This document shows positions 9,631 through 18,520 of a DNA stretch of 64,000 nucleotides, one piece after another. Both the position numbers and the translations under genes were made by a program. The notes under the pieces are model-generated. The model worked only from the letters and a program-made list of their open reading frames with translations. It was not told the DNA's origin and ran no database searches. The stretch is taken from the IMG/VR virus record IMGVR_UViG_3300009703_004110, positions 268,271 to 332,270 of that record. One strand, 5' to 3'. Positions within the stretch are counted from its first letter, which is position 1, and each line of letters opens with the position of its first letter.

Positions 9631-9667
9631 TGGAAGCGGGTGCCAGAATTGAACTGATTCACCCACT
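9631..9667 (-). ncRNA. tRNA minihelix (acceptor stem plus T arm only)
   Basis: AGTGGGTG-AA-TCAG-TTCAATT-CTGG-CACCCGCT-TCCA. Confidence 0.6.
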
Positions 9668-9671
9668 ATAA

Positions 9672-10283
9672 CTATTTAAAATTATACTTAGCCTTAATCT
9701 CCAAATCAAGAGACGGTATACGAATATGCTGAATCATTCCGTGACTCTTTGCTTCTTCAGGAGTCAGCCACCAATCTGCGTGACCGCGATTGTGAGTCTC
9801 GGTTAGAAAATGCTCTTCATCTTTGCCACAGTTTCTTGCCATTCTTCTGTATACAAGCTGGTTAAGTCTTTCGGTTTCTGCGGCACCAGCTTTTATTTCC
9901 TCAACCTTACCCCATTCCATACTTGAAACATCATGAATTAAGACAGTACTATTGGGTCCGGCAAAACGCATACCATCCTGCCCACAAGTCAAGAGGATAG
10001 CTCCACAACTCATAGCCTTACCTTCAACAATTGTTGCTACAGGCAAAGAGGCTGACTTAATACAATCCATCATAGCAAGCAAAGAATATACTTGGCCGCC
10101 ATATGAGTCAATTACAATTGGGATAACAGGCTGCCCTGTGCCATGAGCCTCTTCCATACTTTCAGTAAATTTCTTAACCGCATCTTCATTAAATTTATTA
10201 ACGCGGATAATTACCGGAGGTATAACCAAATCTTTTGGCTTACGTACAGTTAAAAGAGGGTCAATCTTGCAGGTCGCTCTCAT
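9672..10283 (-). CDS. clpP: ClpP-like serine protease
   Basis: IDSYGG, AMSCGA (catalytic Ser), LIHD, WWLTPEEA. Confidence 0.9.
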   Translation of the reverse strand: MRATCKIDPLLTVRKPKDLVIPPVIIRVNKFNEDAVKKFTESMEEAHGTGQPVIPIVIDSYGGQVYSLLAMMDCIKSASLPVATIVEGKAMSCGAILLTCGQDGMRFAGPNSTVLIHDVSSMEWGKVEEIKAGAAETERLNQLVYRRMARNCGKDEEHFLTETHNRGHADWWLTPEEAKSHGMIQHIRIPSLDLEIKAKYNFK

Positions 10284-11165
10284 CGCTTTCTCCCTTTGTA
10301 TTTTCTGTCAAAGCTTGCTAATTTTTGCAAGTCAATATTGGCAGGAGAATTCCTCATCTTCCCGCCATCAATAAATAAGTCTAATGCCTGATCTCTAGTG
10401 ATAATAGCCGTAGACTTATCATCTTTGCGCGGGCCCCATCCTAAGCGTAGAAGGAAGTTTAGCATAGCACCTGGATCGACTCCAGAGTCCATGTAACTAA
10501 TCATAGATGCAGCACCGTCCCGTTTTACTTAACTTCTTCTTATCTTTAAACAGAAGGCCGGTATGGGCGTATTGCGGGACTTTAATTCCTGACATTGGAA
10601 TAGTGCTCAAAAAATAATAAAGCACAATCTGCTTACCAGTATTCTTCTGGTGGTCAACACCGCGAATAACATAATTTACACCAATATCAAAGTCGATATC
10701 GTCACAGACATTGGCAAAGTTATATGTTGGCGATCCATTAGACTTAATTAAAACCATATTTGAAATATAATCAAAGTCTGATTGTCCAATCTTAATATCT
10801 CCAGCAATATTATCATGCCATGATTTGCAAGGAAAGTTGTCCCAATCCTGGAAATCTAAAACTACTGCTCCATCGTCTAATCGCTTTGCGAAACCGCCAT
10901 CAATCAGACACTCTGCTACGTGCTGATAAAGATCGAATCGGTTACTCTGATAAACGAGCATATCATAGTCAAGACTGAGCCAGTCCATAACTTTTAAAAT
11001 ATCATCAACTTTGCTTTGATCATTTCTTGCAATATCTGTATCATCAATTCTTAAGATGAATTTTCCGTCTGTAGCCCGAGCTGCCAACCAATTAAAGTAA
11101 GCGGTACGAGCCGTCCCCATATGCATATCACCCGTGGGGCTCGGTGCTATTCTTGTATTAAACAT
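10280..11165 (-). pseudogene. gltX: short glutamate--tRNA ligase (GluRS/GluQ-like catalytic domain) split by a 1-nt frameshift
   Basis: RIAPSPTG-HMGT, LRIDDTD, VIRGVDH; removing one A at 10523-10526 restores KLSKRDGA and joins the two ORFs (about 294 aa). Confidence 0.85.
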
Positions 11166-11385
11166 GCCTACACTCATAATGAAAGTCATCCAAAGTCATA
11201 GCCTTATATTCTGTGAACTCCGAATCTTTATTTAATTTATGTGCAGCCAATACAGCGGTATCTTCTTTAAAGGAAGGACCAGCAGTAATGCTCCATAAAC
11301 CAGGGTCATTACTATAAGGATTGCGAGACCAGCTTGCTACAACCCATAGATCGTAAACGCTTACGTCAGCTTCAGGTATTTCCAT
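11158..11385 (-). CDS. hypothetical protein
   Basis: 75-aa ORF with RBS GAGGCGG. Confidence 0.55.
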   Translation of the reverse strand: MEIPEADVSVYDLWVVASWSRNPYSNDPGLWSITAGPSFKEDTAVLAAHKLNKDSEFTEYKAMTLDDFHYECRHV

Positions 11386-11574
11386 TACCGCCTCTCTATC
11401 TGAGTGTTATAGATCTGTTTTTATTTGAATTAATTCCCATCTAGAGGCTCACGTCCTCTTACTCTTGCCTCTCACTGTGATCAAACAGTCCCGGGTGCTT
11501 TACTTCTATTAGATACGTCAGTCGGCATCTAAAGACCTTAAGCCGCTGGTAGCACCGAGGTTCGGTAATCAAAC

Positions 11575-11703
11575 ATGAATAAATATATTACAAAAAAATG
11601 TTTAAATTGTCAAAACGATTTTGACGCATTATTAGAAATACTTTGTCCTACTTGCCATGACGAAGAACACTATCTGAAACAAGACGGCAGATTTAATAGA
11701 TGA
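11575..11703 (+). pseudogene. internally deleted HNH endonuclease remnant (42 aa)
   Basis: MNKYITKKCLNCQNDF fused directly to LEILCPTCHDEEH; ends at the tRNA-Leu 3' end. Confidence 0.65.
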
Positions 11704-11705
11704 TA

Positions 11706-11781
11706 TGGTAGCTCTGGTGGGAGTCGAACCCACACTGTAGCGGTTTTAAGCCGCTTGTCTCTGCCGTTGGACTACAGAGCC
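11706..11781 (-). tRNA. tRNA-Leu(TAA), short variable loop
   Basis: AGCGG-CTTAAAA-CCGCT, ACCA end. Confidence 0.9.
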
Positions 11782-11834
11782 ATAACGTACTTCTTACGTT
11801 ACGAATAGATAAAAATCAAATTTCTACTCTATTC

Positions 11835-11864
11835 ATTACCTTCTTGTTTTTATTTTTAAGTTAA
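11835..11864 (-). promoter_or_regulatory. putative phage promoter, class A motif
   Basis: TTAACT-TAAAAATAAAAACAAGAA-GGTAAT upstream of tRNA-Leu. Confidence 0.55.
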
Positions 11865-11928
11865 GGCGTAACTCATACTGAATTATACGGTAAGCCAAGG
11901 TTTTGCCGCCGAAGCGGCTGCGGAGAAC

Positions 11929-13278
11929 CTAAAGGGTCTTTAGCAGGCTATCAGACTCAGTGGCTTCCGCCACATCATTATCATCAAGCCTTTCAAAATC
12001 CGCATCAGGTACTTCTACATATCCCTGACCGATCATGCTTCTAGAAACTAGATCAATCTCCATTTCTCCGCCGCACCATTCGCAAGCCCTCTCTCCCGAG
12101 ACATAATGGCTGCCGGTACTTTTCTGGCAGACTTCACAGATGGTCGCATAAGCAAGAAGCTGATCATCACCGTTATTATCCATTGGCTCAGGATCAACTA
12201 AGGTAAGTTGTGAGCCACTGGACTTTGTAGTAGTAATTGAAGACTTAGACCACTTCTCTCTATTCTCCTTATTGATTTCTGTTTCAATCTGGCGAAGACT
12301 CTTTCCATCTCCATCCTTAATCAACCAGAAGTCTGGAGTACTAGAGCCAGGATATTCCCTATACTTAGGTAGCACTAACGGCTTATTGTAAGTAATAAGC
12401 TCTTGTCGATCCATCTTAATAGACATATGCCAGCCATCGGCACTCATCTTGGATCTTGGACCAAAGTAGTTTGAGCCGCCATTGTGACCAACTGAGGTCA
12501 TACCAAACTGACGCATAGTAACGGCGCCCTTTAGAGGCTCATCAGCGCACTCAAATCTCCACATTGAAAACATTTTTTCACGCATTTCATCGCGCTTGCT
12601 TTCATCAGGAAACATCTTCTCCAGAGCTTCTTCGTTAGTAGTAGATCCGTCCACTAAGAAAAATGGGTTGCAGCCCAGAGAGGCAATAAACGGATGATAA
12701 TCTTCAAAGCGCCTTGTGTTTCTTGGAACTAGAATCCTGCTAATTCCGAGTCCATAAGGTTCGATTAATTGATGTAATACAGTAAATGTATACTGCTGTT
12801 GCAATCCATCTTTGGTGCACATATCATTTAACTTATACCACTCTCGGTCGTCTCTGTCCAGCTTCATTCCAAGCCAATGCTGCATATAATCATTGGTTGC
12901 ATTATACGCACAACAGGCAACAGTTCTGTTCTTAGTAATTCTATGTGGAATGTCATTAATATCCATAGCGATGGCAGGAATATACCCTTTTCCGTGAGCA
13001 TATTTCCATACCTCATCCTTCGGAGATAACGTAACTTTCCAGTGGTCAAAATTACCACGTTCAAAAATCTCACCCATTTTATATTCGCTGAGAATCTTTA
13101 TCTCTTCGAAATCGGGATCAGTTCTGTCCGTCATAACAATAGCGGCATATCCAGTCTTCTTTGGCGGGACATACTTCTTTGGCCTCGGTGTGTTACGAGA
13201 GGTGTTGCCATAATAGCCACCATACCCTCCATATCCTCCGCCTGAGCTACCTTGTGATCTACCGTTATTCATCTTCAC
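11929..13278 (-). CDS. putative papain-fold cysteine protease with C-terminal zinc ribbon
   Basis: CAYNATNDYMQ resembles the Josephin/C39 catalytic helix (CAxHxLNNLLQ); later VGH; CEVC..CEWC; G/Y-rich N-terminus. Confidence 0.45.
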   Translation of the reverse strand: MKMNNGRSQGSSGGGYGGYGGYYGNTSRNTPRPKKYVPPKKTGYAAIVMTDRTDPDFEEIKILSEYKMGEIFERGNFDHWKVTLSPKDEVWKYAHGKGYIPAIAMDINDIPHRITKNRTVACCAYNATNDYMQHWLGMKLDRDDREWYKLNDMCTKDGLQQQYTFTVLHQLIEPYGLGISRILVPRNTRRFEDYHPFIASLGCNPFFLVDGSTTNEEALEKMFPDESKRDEMREKMFSMWRFECADEPLKGAVTMRQFGMTSVGHNGGSNYFGPRSKMSADGWHMSIKMDRQELITYNKPLVLPKYREYPGSSTPDFWLIKDGDGKSLRQIETEINKENREKWSKSSITTTKSSGSQLTLVDPEPMDNNGDDQLLAYATICEVCQKSTGSHYVSGERACEWCGGEMEIDLVSRSMIGQGYVEVPDADFERLDDNDVAEATESDSLLKTL

Positions 13279-13996
13279 TCCCTACATGAACAGGAAAGAA
13301 ATCATCATGGAGGAACATATCATCCATTTGCAACTGGCAACCATTAATGTCTATATTCCAACATGTCATAGTTCCTTCGTCCTCTGCGCCTTCAAGAATA
13401 TTCCAAGGATCAAGTCCGAAAAAGAATCCAGCAGCCTTTGCAATACCCTGGACCAGCATAACTCCCGCAGTACGGTACTTATACATTTCACACGGAGGCT
13501 CTTTAATATCCTGCTCCTTCAAGGTACGTCCACCAACAACATCCGGTCGGAATGGAAAGGTATCAAAGTTGGGAGAGGCCCAATTGATAATTCCCTGTCC
13601 TTGCCTTGAGATACCTGTATGCATACAAGGTCCAGAAACTCCAGCTAATGCGAAGCCCCAAAGTAACTGACGAGTAGGAATGTTATCTACACAGTCAATA
13701 ATCAGATCAGCGTCACTAAGCAGTTGCTTTGCATTAAAGGCCGTTAGCTTTTCAGTAACTGCCTCAGAAGTAATGCCAGGGTATGAACTGGCATAACGGG
13801 CACAAGTCTCAGCCTTCATAATTCCATCTTCTGCTTCAACGCCATCTACGTTTTGATTGGCCGCGTTTCTTCCTTCCCAGGTATCAAAATCAACGAACCT
13901 AAAGTTAGCTGATACGTCCTGAGAATAAAGAAGCTTCGGAATTTCATCAGCAACATGACTTCCAATGAAGCCACAACCAATTACTACAATATTCAT
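13265..13996 (-). CDS. ThiF/MoeB (E1-like) adenylyltransferase
   Basis: GCGFIG, VDFD..RN..NQ, K, IIDCVDN..R, crossover-loop Cys (PPCE); no CxxC zinc pairs. Confidence 0.9.
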   Translation of the reverse strand: MNIVVIGCGFIGSHVADEIPKLLYSQDVSANFRFVDFDTWEGRNAANQNVDGVEAEDGIMKAETCARYASSYPGITSEAVTEKLTAFNAKQLLSDADLIIDCVDNIPTRQLLWGFALAGVSGPCMHTGISRQGQGIINWASPNFDTFPFRPDVVGGRTLKEQDIKEPPCEMYKYRTAGVMLVQGIAKAAGFFFGLDPWNILEGAEDEGTMTCWNIDINGCQLQMDDMFLHDDFFPVHVGSEDE

Positions 13997-14016
13997 TTAT
14001 TTGCCTTGGTTAAATG

Positions 14017-15597
14017 TTATCGGCCCTGCATGGCGCGCATCTTATTCAGAACTGCTGCCTTGCGGTCCTTCTTCTTTGACTTATTACCAAAGAATACAAT
14101 TGGAGCTTCGGTGATCTGTAGATTGCATCGCTCTGCAAATGGTCCGGCAAGCCAATCCTCTAGTAACCAGTCGCCATTCTTCTGGTCGACTCTTCCTGTA
14201 GCCTTGGTCCACTTTGAAACTCTCTGACACCAAGCGGACTGCTGCATACGCATATTACCATCCTCATCTTCGAACACTACAACGTATCCTCGCTGAGAAC
14301 CTCTTACTCCAACAATGTTAGAGCCGTGATATGAAATAGCAATATTGAAATGAGTCCCCATCTTTCCGACACCGTAGGAATTCTTGTCCTTAACCCAGTC
14401 ATGAATCTGGGCAGAGTCCTTAAATCTAATTCCTACAGCCTCTGTGATCTTAAATCCAGGGAATCCTCGTGCAGCAAGATAGTCGTTAATCTTGCGCTTG
14501 AATACAGGACCAGCCTCTTTGGACAGAAGCTCTCTTGTGTGCGCATTATACGCCTTCTTGTTTTCTACAAGGCGTGCCTGCATTAGAGTGTGTGCTTCTT
14601 CGGCTAATTGATCAGAGCGTACAAAGGCCCCTGTCTCAATATCATAAGCGAGAATATGAAGAACGGCCTCGTAGGATCCAGTGTGATTATCTTTCATAAA
14701 TGACGGCCTACCAACAGCAAACATCGAATGACTATGAGACTCCAAATGGATAAATAGATTTACAGCCAATTGGTCCGAACCCTTGATTGCAGGTAGCACA
14801 AACTTAGTTGCACTTACAAGCTTTCGGTTAGCACCAAGATAATAAATATAATTCTTCTGACTACCCCAATCGCCAGAAGTGACGCTGTACGCTTGAACGA
14901 TAACTGGAATATATCGATTGTGCAAAACAGTATACTTAGCGTACTTATCATCTGCCTTCTCAGGTGCAGCCTCAAGAACTTTCCTGCCCTTCTTTACAGC
15001 CCTCTTTGGTAGCTCAATAAAGTCAAAGTTCTTAATTTCTTTCTGGATAGCCTTAAAGGCCGCAGACTTCTTGATTTCGGCTTCTGTCTCAACACCGTAA
15101 GGCATTACCTTCTTAAACTCAGACTGCATAATTGTAGCAAGTTCCGAATTATCAGTTGTCACATGAGCATTCTCTTGATCGATCTTAGGGCAGCTAAGAA
15201 GCTTGGGCAATCTGTCCATATAGATGCCTTTGCCGATAAACTTCTGACCGGTTCCTCGCATATACTTATAGATTCTTACCAAAGAGAACTTGCCAGCTTC
15301 AGGAAAGAATACGTATCTAAAGTTCTTTGCAGACTTCTTAATCATACTTGGAAGCTCATAAATACCGGGCTCATCAACTACGATACTCATACCCTCTCTA
15401 GAGGCGTCGCCAGGAAGACTTCCAAATGCCGCCGTGATTGGTGCGGGCATATAATAATAGCTATACCCACCTACATCAACATGCTGATAAGCATGAGCGT
15501 AGTGATTTGAATATCCATATCGATTCCTACGTCGACGAACCGAATTAATATCTTCAAGTGAGGTTTGTAAAGACGCAATTACTTCTACCGTGTGCAT
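14017..15597 (-). CDS. hypothetical protein ending -GR
   Basis: 526-aa ORF, RBS AGGAGAG. Confidence 0.75.
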   Translation of the reverse strand: MHTVEVIASLQTSLEDINSVRRRRNRYGYSNHYAHAYQHVDVGGYSYYYMPAPITAAFGSLPGDASREGMSIVVDEPGIYELPSMIKKSAKNFRYVFFPEAGKFSLVRIYKYMRGTGQKFIGKGIYMDRLPKLLSCPKIDQENAHVTTDNSELATIMQSEFKKVMPYGVETEAEIKKSAAFKAIQKEIKNFDFIELPKRAVKKGRKVLEAAPEKADDKYAKYTVLHNRYIPVIVQAYSVTSGDWGSQKNYIYYLGANRKLVSATKFVLPAIKGSDQLAVNLFIHLESHSHSMFAVGRPSFMKDNHTGSYEAVLHILAYDIETGAFVRSDQLAEEAHTLMQARLVENKKAYNAHTRELLSKEAGPVFKRKINDYLAARGFPGFKITEAVGIRFKDSAQIHDWVKDKNSYGVGKMGTHFNIAISYHGSNIVGVRGSQRGYVVVFEDEDGNMRMQQSAWCQRVSKWTKATGRVDQKNGDWLLEDWLAGPFAERCNLQITEAPIVFFGNKSKKKDRKAAVLNKMRAMQGR

Positions 15598-15639
15598 TAT
15601 ATACTCTCCTAAGTCTTAATTTAGTATCATGCAAACATG

Positions 15640-15673
15640 AAACAGCGCAGGCTAACTAAAGTCTGCGCTGTTT
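15640..15673 (-). terminator. strong hairpin (terminator or attenuator)
   Basis: AAACAGCGCAGAC/GCCTGCGCTGTTT stem between the 151-aa and 526-aa genes. Confidence 0.65.
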
Positions 15674-15708
15674 AAACAAAGTCCTGCTAAGTCGTTCTAA
15701 GGATCGGT

Positions 15709-16164
15709 TTATCGGCCCCAGGTACCCACGGCAGTAACGCGCCAGAAACGCTCGTCACCAACTTCCATAGGACCAGCGATGTTGATCGCATCCTGAGAGA
15801 TAACGTAACCGTCACCCTGATCGGTGGTGTTGTAGACGTGACCCTTCGGGCGAGTATCTAGAACCCAACGAACAACAGACTCAGCTAGAGCTTCCGCAGG
15901 AGGAACCTGACCAGAGGCCAGATATTCAGCGGTAGCATCAGCGAAAGCACCCTGCATTCTTAGTGCAGCCTCCGGATCGCTTTCCAGCAACTTAGTAAAA
16001 GCAGCGGTATCAAACTCCGGTGCCGCAACCTTAACGCCACCTTTGACACCAAGATCCGCAACGGAAACCTGCTCATTAAGCTCCACGGTGGAGAGAGAAT
16101 CCCTGCCGCGAAGTGTCAAACGAATAAGAACCTTATCGGTATCAAGTACATGTAATTCAGCCAT
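15709..16164 (-). CDS. candidate ubiquitin-like (beta-grasp) protein ending -TWGR
   Basis: two N-terminal strands followed by SVADL, final strand FWRVTAV then GTWGR; upstream of the E1; fold is inferred. Confidence 0.45.
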   Translation of the reverse strand: MAELHVLDTDKVLIRLTLRGRDSLSTVELNEQVSVADLGVKGGVKVAAPEFDTAAFTKLLESDPEAALRMQGAFADATAEYLASGQVPPAEALAESVVRWVLDTRPKGHVYNTTDQGDGYVISQDAINIAGPMEVGDERFWRVTAVGTWGR

Positions 16165-16196
16165 TTATTCTATCTCCTGATTGTTAATTAGACCGC

Positions 16197-16655
16197 TTAT
16201 CGGCCCTTGTTTCGTCTCATTCTACGAGACTCAAACTCTCTAAGTTTGCGCTCATATCGCGCCTCAAACATACTATTCCATGCCGCAGAAATCCTACTAA
16301 GAAATCCAACCGGCTCTGTCATATCAACGTCAAGATTTTCGGAACGTTCCATCCATCTATCAATTAATTTCTGGTCTGATGCCGACACCTCCTCTTCTAC
16401 CGTATCAGGTAGACTTTCCGAAGCTGTCATCCATCTTTCAATATCTGCCATATCAGACTGAGAAAGACCGGCCATTGGGTCCGTCTTAAGTCCTTCGTAA
16501 TAAGCAAGAGTGTGCTCAGAACCATCGCCTAAAGCATCAGCTCTACTATTCAGTTCCTCACTGTACGAACCACTTGAGTTGGTTACGAACCTGTCGTATC
16601 TACTATATACGCTGTCCATAAGCCCGCGAAAACTGCCGCGTCCTTCCTCTTTCAT
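16197..16655 (-). CDS. hypothetical protein ending -GR
   Basis: 152 aa with internal repeat SDxxxI(E/D)RWM; first gene after the promoter motif. Confidence 0.7.
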   Translation of the reverse strand: MKEEGRGSFRGLMDSVYSRYDRFVTNSSGSYSEELNSRADALGDGSEHTLAYYEGLKTDPMAGLSQSDMADIERWMTASESLPDTVEEEVSASDQKLIDRWMERSENLDVDMTEPVGFLSRISAAWNSMFEARYERKLREFESRRMRRNKGR

Positions 16656-16693
16656 TATTACCTCGCTTTATAATCGGTCGGCCTTTTCAACCT

Positions 16694-16723
16694 ATTACCT
16701 ACCGATTTTTCTTTTTATGACAA
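16694..16723 (-). promoter_or_regulatory. putative phage promoter, class A motif
   Basis: TTGTCA-TAAAAAGAAAAATCGGTA-GGTAAT. Confidence 0.65.
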
Positions 16724-16749
16724 GCAATACTCATGCTAATGAGTCTAGG

Positions 16750-17169
16750 CTATACTCTGTCGATGGTAACTGGTACATTACTTTTCTTGGCGATATTGAT
16801 CGTCATATATGTTCCAGAGTACCTTGTCTTTCCGGTCCAAAAAGCGTGCATCTTATCTACTGATGAAACTATAAGTTCATTTCTAACCCTATAGTCATTC
16901 TTACCCTCAGAGCCTTTTGGGGCGTTTATTCTAACATCGCTGTTCTTGATTGATTCCCAATCAACAGCCTTCCTATTGTATGGTACAACTGCAATAACAT
17001 ACAGTCCGCTCTCTTTAGCTTTCTTGGCGACCAAAGCATCGGCGCCTTCACATGCTCCGTGATATACAATAGCGTTATCCGGCAGAGACCTAATCCATGC
17101 CGTAATGGCATCATCTAATAACGGTGTGACTGTTCTTGTTCCGGTCATACCAAACTTAGGCCGTATCAT
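16750..17169 (-). CDS. SLOG-superfamily protein (YspA/DprA-like)
   Basis: GMTGTR, HGACEGAD, RNELIV, SGTYMTI. Confidence 0.75.
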   Translation of the reverse strand: MIRPKFGMTGTRTVTPLLDDAITAWIRSLPDNAIVYHGACEGADALVAKKAKESGLYVIAVVPYNRKAVDWESIKNSDVRINAPKGSEGKNDYRVRNELIVSSVDKMHAFWTGKTRYSGTYMTINIAKKSNVPVTIDRV

Positions 17170-17531
17170 AATACATCCAAATGATACACAAGCTCTTCCT
17201 GTAGCTTTTTTGGAATATTCGCATGGAATATATCTTCTATCGGAATTTCTTCAAACCCAGGGGTTGACAGAGTATGTCCAGAAAATACAATTCCACTATT
17301 CTTCTTTTCTCTTAAGAGGTGTATTTTATCTGCTATATGATTATGGGCCAGCCACACTGACGTTCCTTTGATTTTGTATAAGCTTAACTTTAGAACCTGG
17401 TTTGGAAGTGCCCTATGTACTCTATGTATTTCCATAGGCTCACCCCAATTGGCATATCCGAAATCTTCTGAAACCTCATCAAACATATGTTTAATTATCT
17501 TTTGTTTTTCAAGGTTATTCAGAAGCTTCAA
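17166..17531 (-). CDS. hypothetical protein, C-terminal LDLF-module family
   Basis: TTG start after GGAG; ends LVYHLDVL. Confidence 0.6.
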   Translation of the reverse strand: MKLLNNLEKQKIIKHMFDEVSEDFGYANWGEPMEIHRVHRALPNQVLKLSLYKIKGTSVWLAHNHIADKIHLLREKKNSGIVFSGHTLSTPGFEEIPIEDIFHANIPKKLQEELVYHLDVL

Positions 17532-17544
17532 TTTATATCTCCAG

Positions 17545-17620
17545 TGGCAACCGCCCAGGGAACCGAATCCCCGCAGCCCCAGGGTTTGGAATCCCAAGTG
17601 TGTCCCAAAGCACAGCGGCT
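17545..17620 (-). tRNA. atypical tRNA (Trp CCA-like; ambiguous loop ATTCCAAA)
   Basis: acceptor AGCCGCT/GGCGGTT+GCCA, reduced D arm, 8-nt T loop. Confidence 0.5.
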
Positions 17621-17627
17621 ATATGCT

Positions 17628-18014
17628 TTATACGAAGAGATCTAAATTAAACAGAAAAGTTTCTTTATCTTTTTCATCAATAATTTGCTCAAGAATATCC
17701 TGAGCATCTAATGATCCTTCCCTTAGCCCGCAGTCCTGCTCAACTATTACGTGATACCACCGAATTCGTCCACCTTCTCGAACCTCTATCCAAATAGAGG
17801 GATCGCTTTTAAGCTCAATAGAGAACTTTGTCAGATGCATATAGAACTCATATACAAGATCGTTTTCTGACATTAATTCATAATCAAGTTCTGTTTTCAC
17901 TTTACTAGTGGAAACTCTGATACTTTTCGGATTGAATAAGCCGGTATCAAAATACCGGCTTATCTTTTTAATCTTGCCACAGGCACTATGAAACTTGGCG
18001 TCCCATAGCATCAT
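17628..18014 (-). CDS. hypothetical protein, C-terminal LDLF-module family
   Basis: ends FLFNLDLFV. Confidence 0.65.
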   Translation of the reverse strand: MMLWDAKFHSACGKIKKISRYFDTGLFNPKSIRVSTSKVKTELDYELMSENDLVYEFYMHLTKFSIELKSDPSIWIEVREGGRIRWYHVIVEQDCGLREGSLDAQDILEQIIDEKDKETFLFNLDLFV

Positions 18015-18520
18015 CGAGGGACGAAAGTTAATGTCATAAAGCGTCCGCTCATTCTTGGCGGCTGGTCTACAACGGCAACGTCTTCCACTAACGCGATAAG
18101 ATCATTGCATCTTTCACGTCCAATATCAATGTGACGCATATCCGCACCCTTAAACTTCATAGCAACCTTAACTTGGTTTCCTTTGCTAATGAAGTTCTTA
18201 ATTTGGTTAGCTCGGACGTTTAAGTCTCCGTCAGCTATCCTCGGACTCATGCGAACTTCTTTCATCTTAACCCTTGTTGAAGATGCCTTTGTTGCCTTTT
18301 GCTTCTTCTTTCGGTCATAGACGTGCTTGCCCCAATCCATAAGCTTGCACACCGGGACTTGTGCATCTGATACTCTTACCAAATCTAAGCTTCTATCTGC
18401 TGCTAATTTAATAGCATCATCACGTAGAAACTCTCCCATCTTTTTTCCGTGCTCATCAATTACGAGCACCCTTCTTGCTTTAATGTTGTAATTGATTTGC
18501 TGAACATTTTTCTTGATCAA
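18011..18520 (-). CDS. infC: translation initiation factor IF-3
   Basis: IN..I....V.VID..G...G, LDLV, PVCKLMDWGK, MKEVRMSPRI..GD; probable TTG start overlapping the upstream TGA. Confidence 0.93.
   Translation of the reverse strand: MIKKNVQQINYNIKARRVLVIDEHGKKMGEFLRDDAIKLAADRSLDLVRVSDAQVPVCKLMDWGKHVYDRKKKQKATKASSTRVKMKEVRMSPRIADGDLNVRANQIKNFISKGNQVKVAMKFKGADMRHIDIGRERCNDLIALVEDVAVVDQPPRMSGRFMTLTFVPR

Noticed and set aside
13265-13996. ThiF/MoeB for thiamine or molybdopterin synthesis
   Set aside because: No ThiS/MoaD (GG-ending) carrier or pathway genes are in the window, and the zinc CxxC motifs are absent
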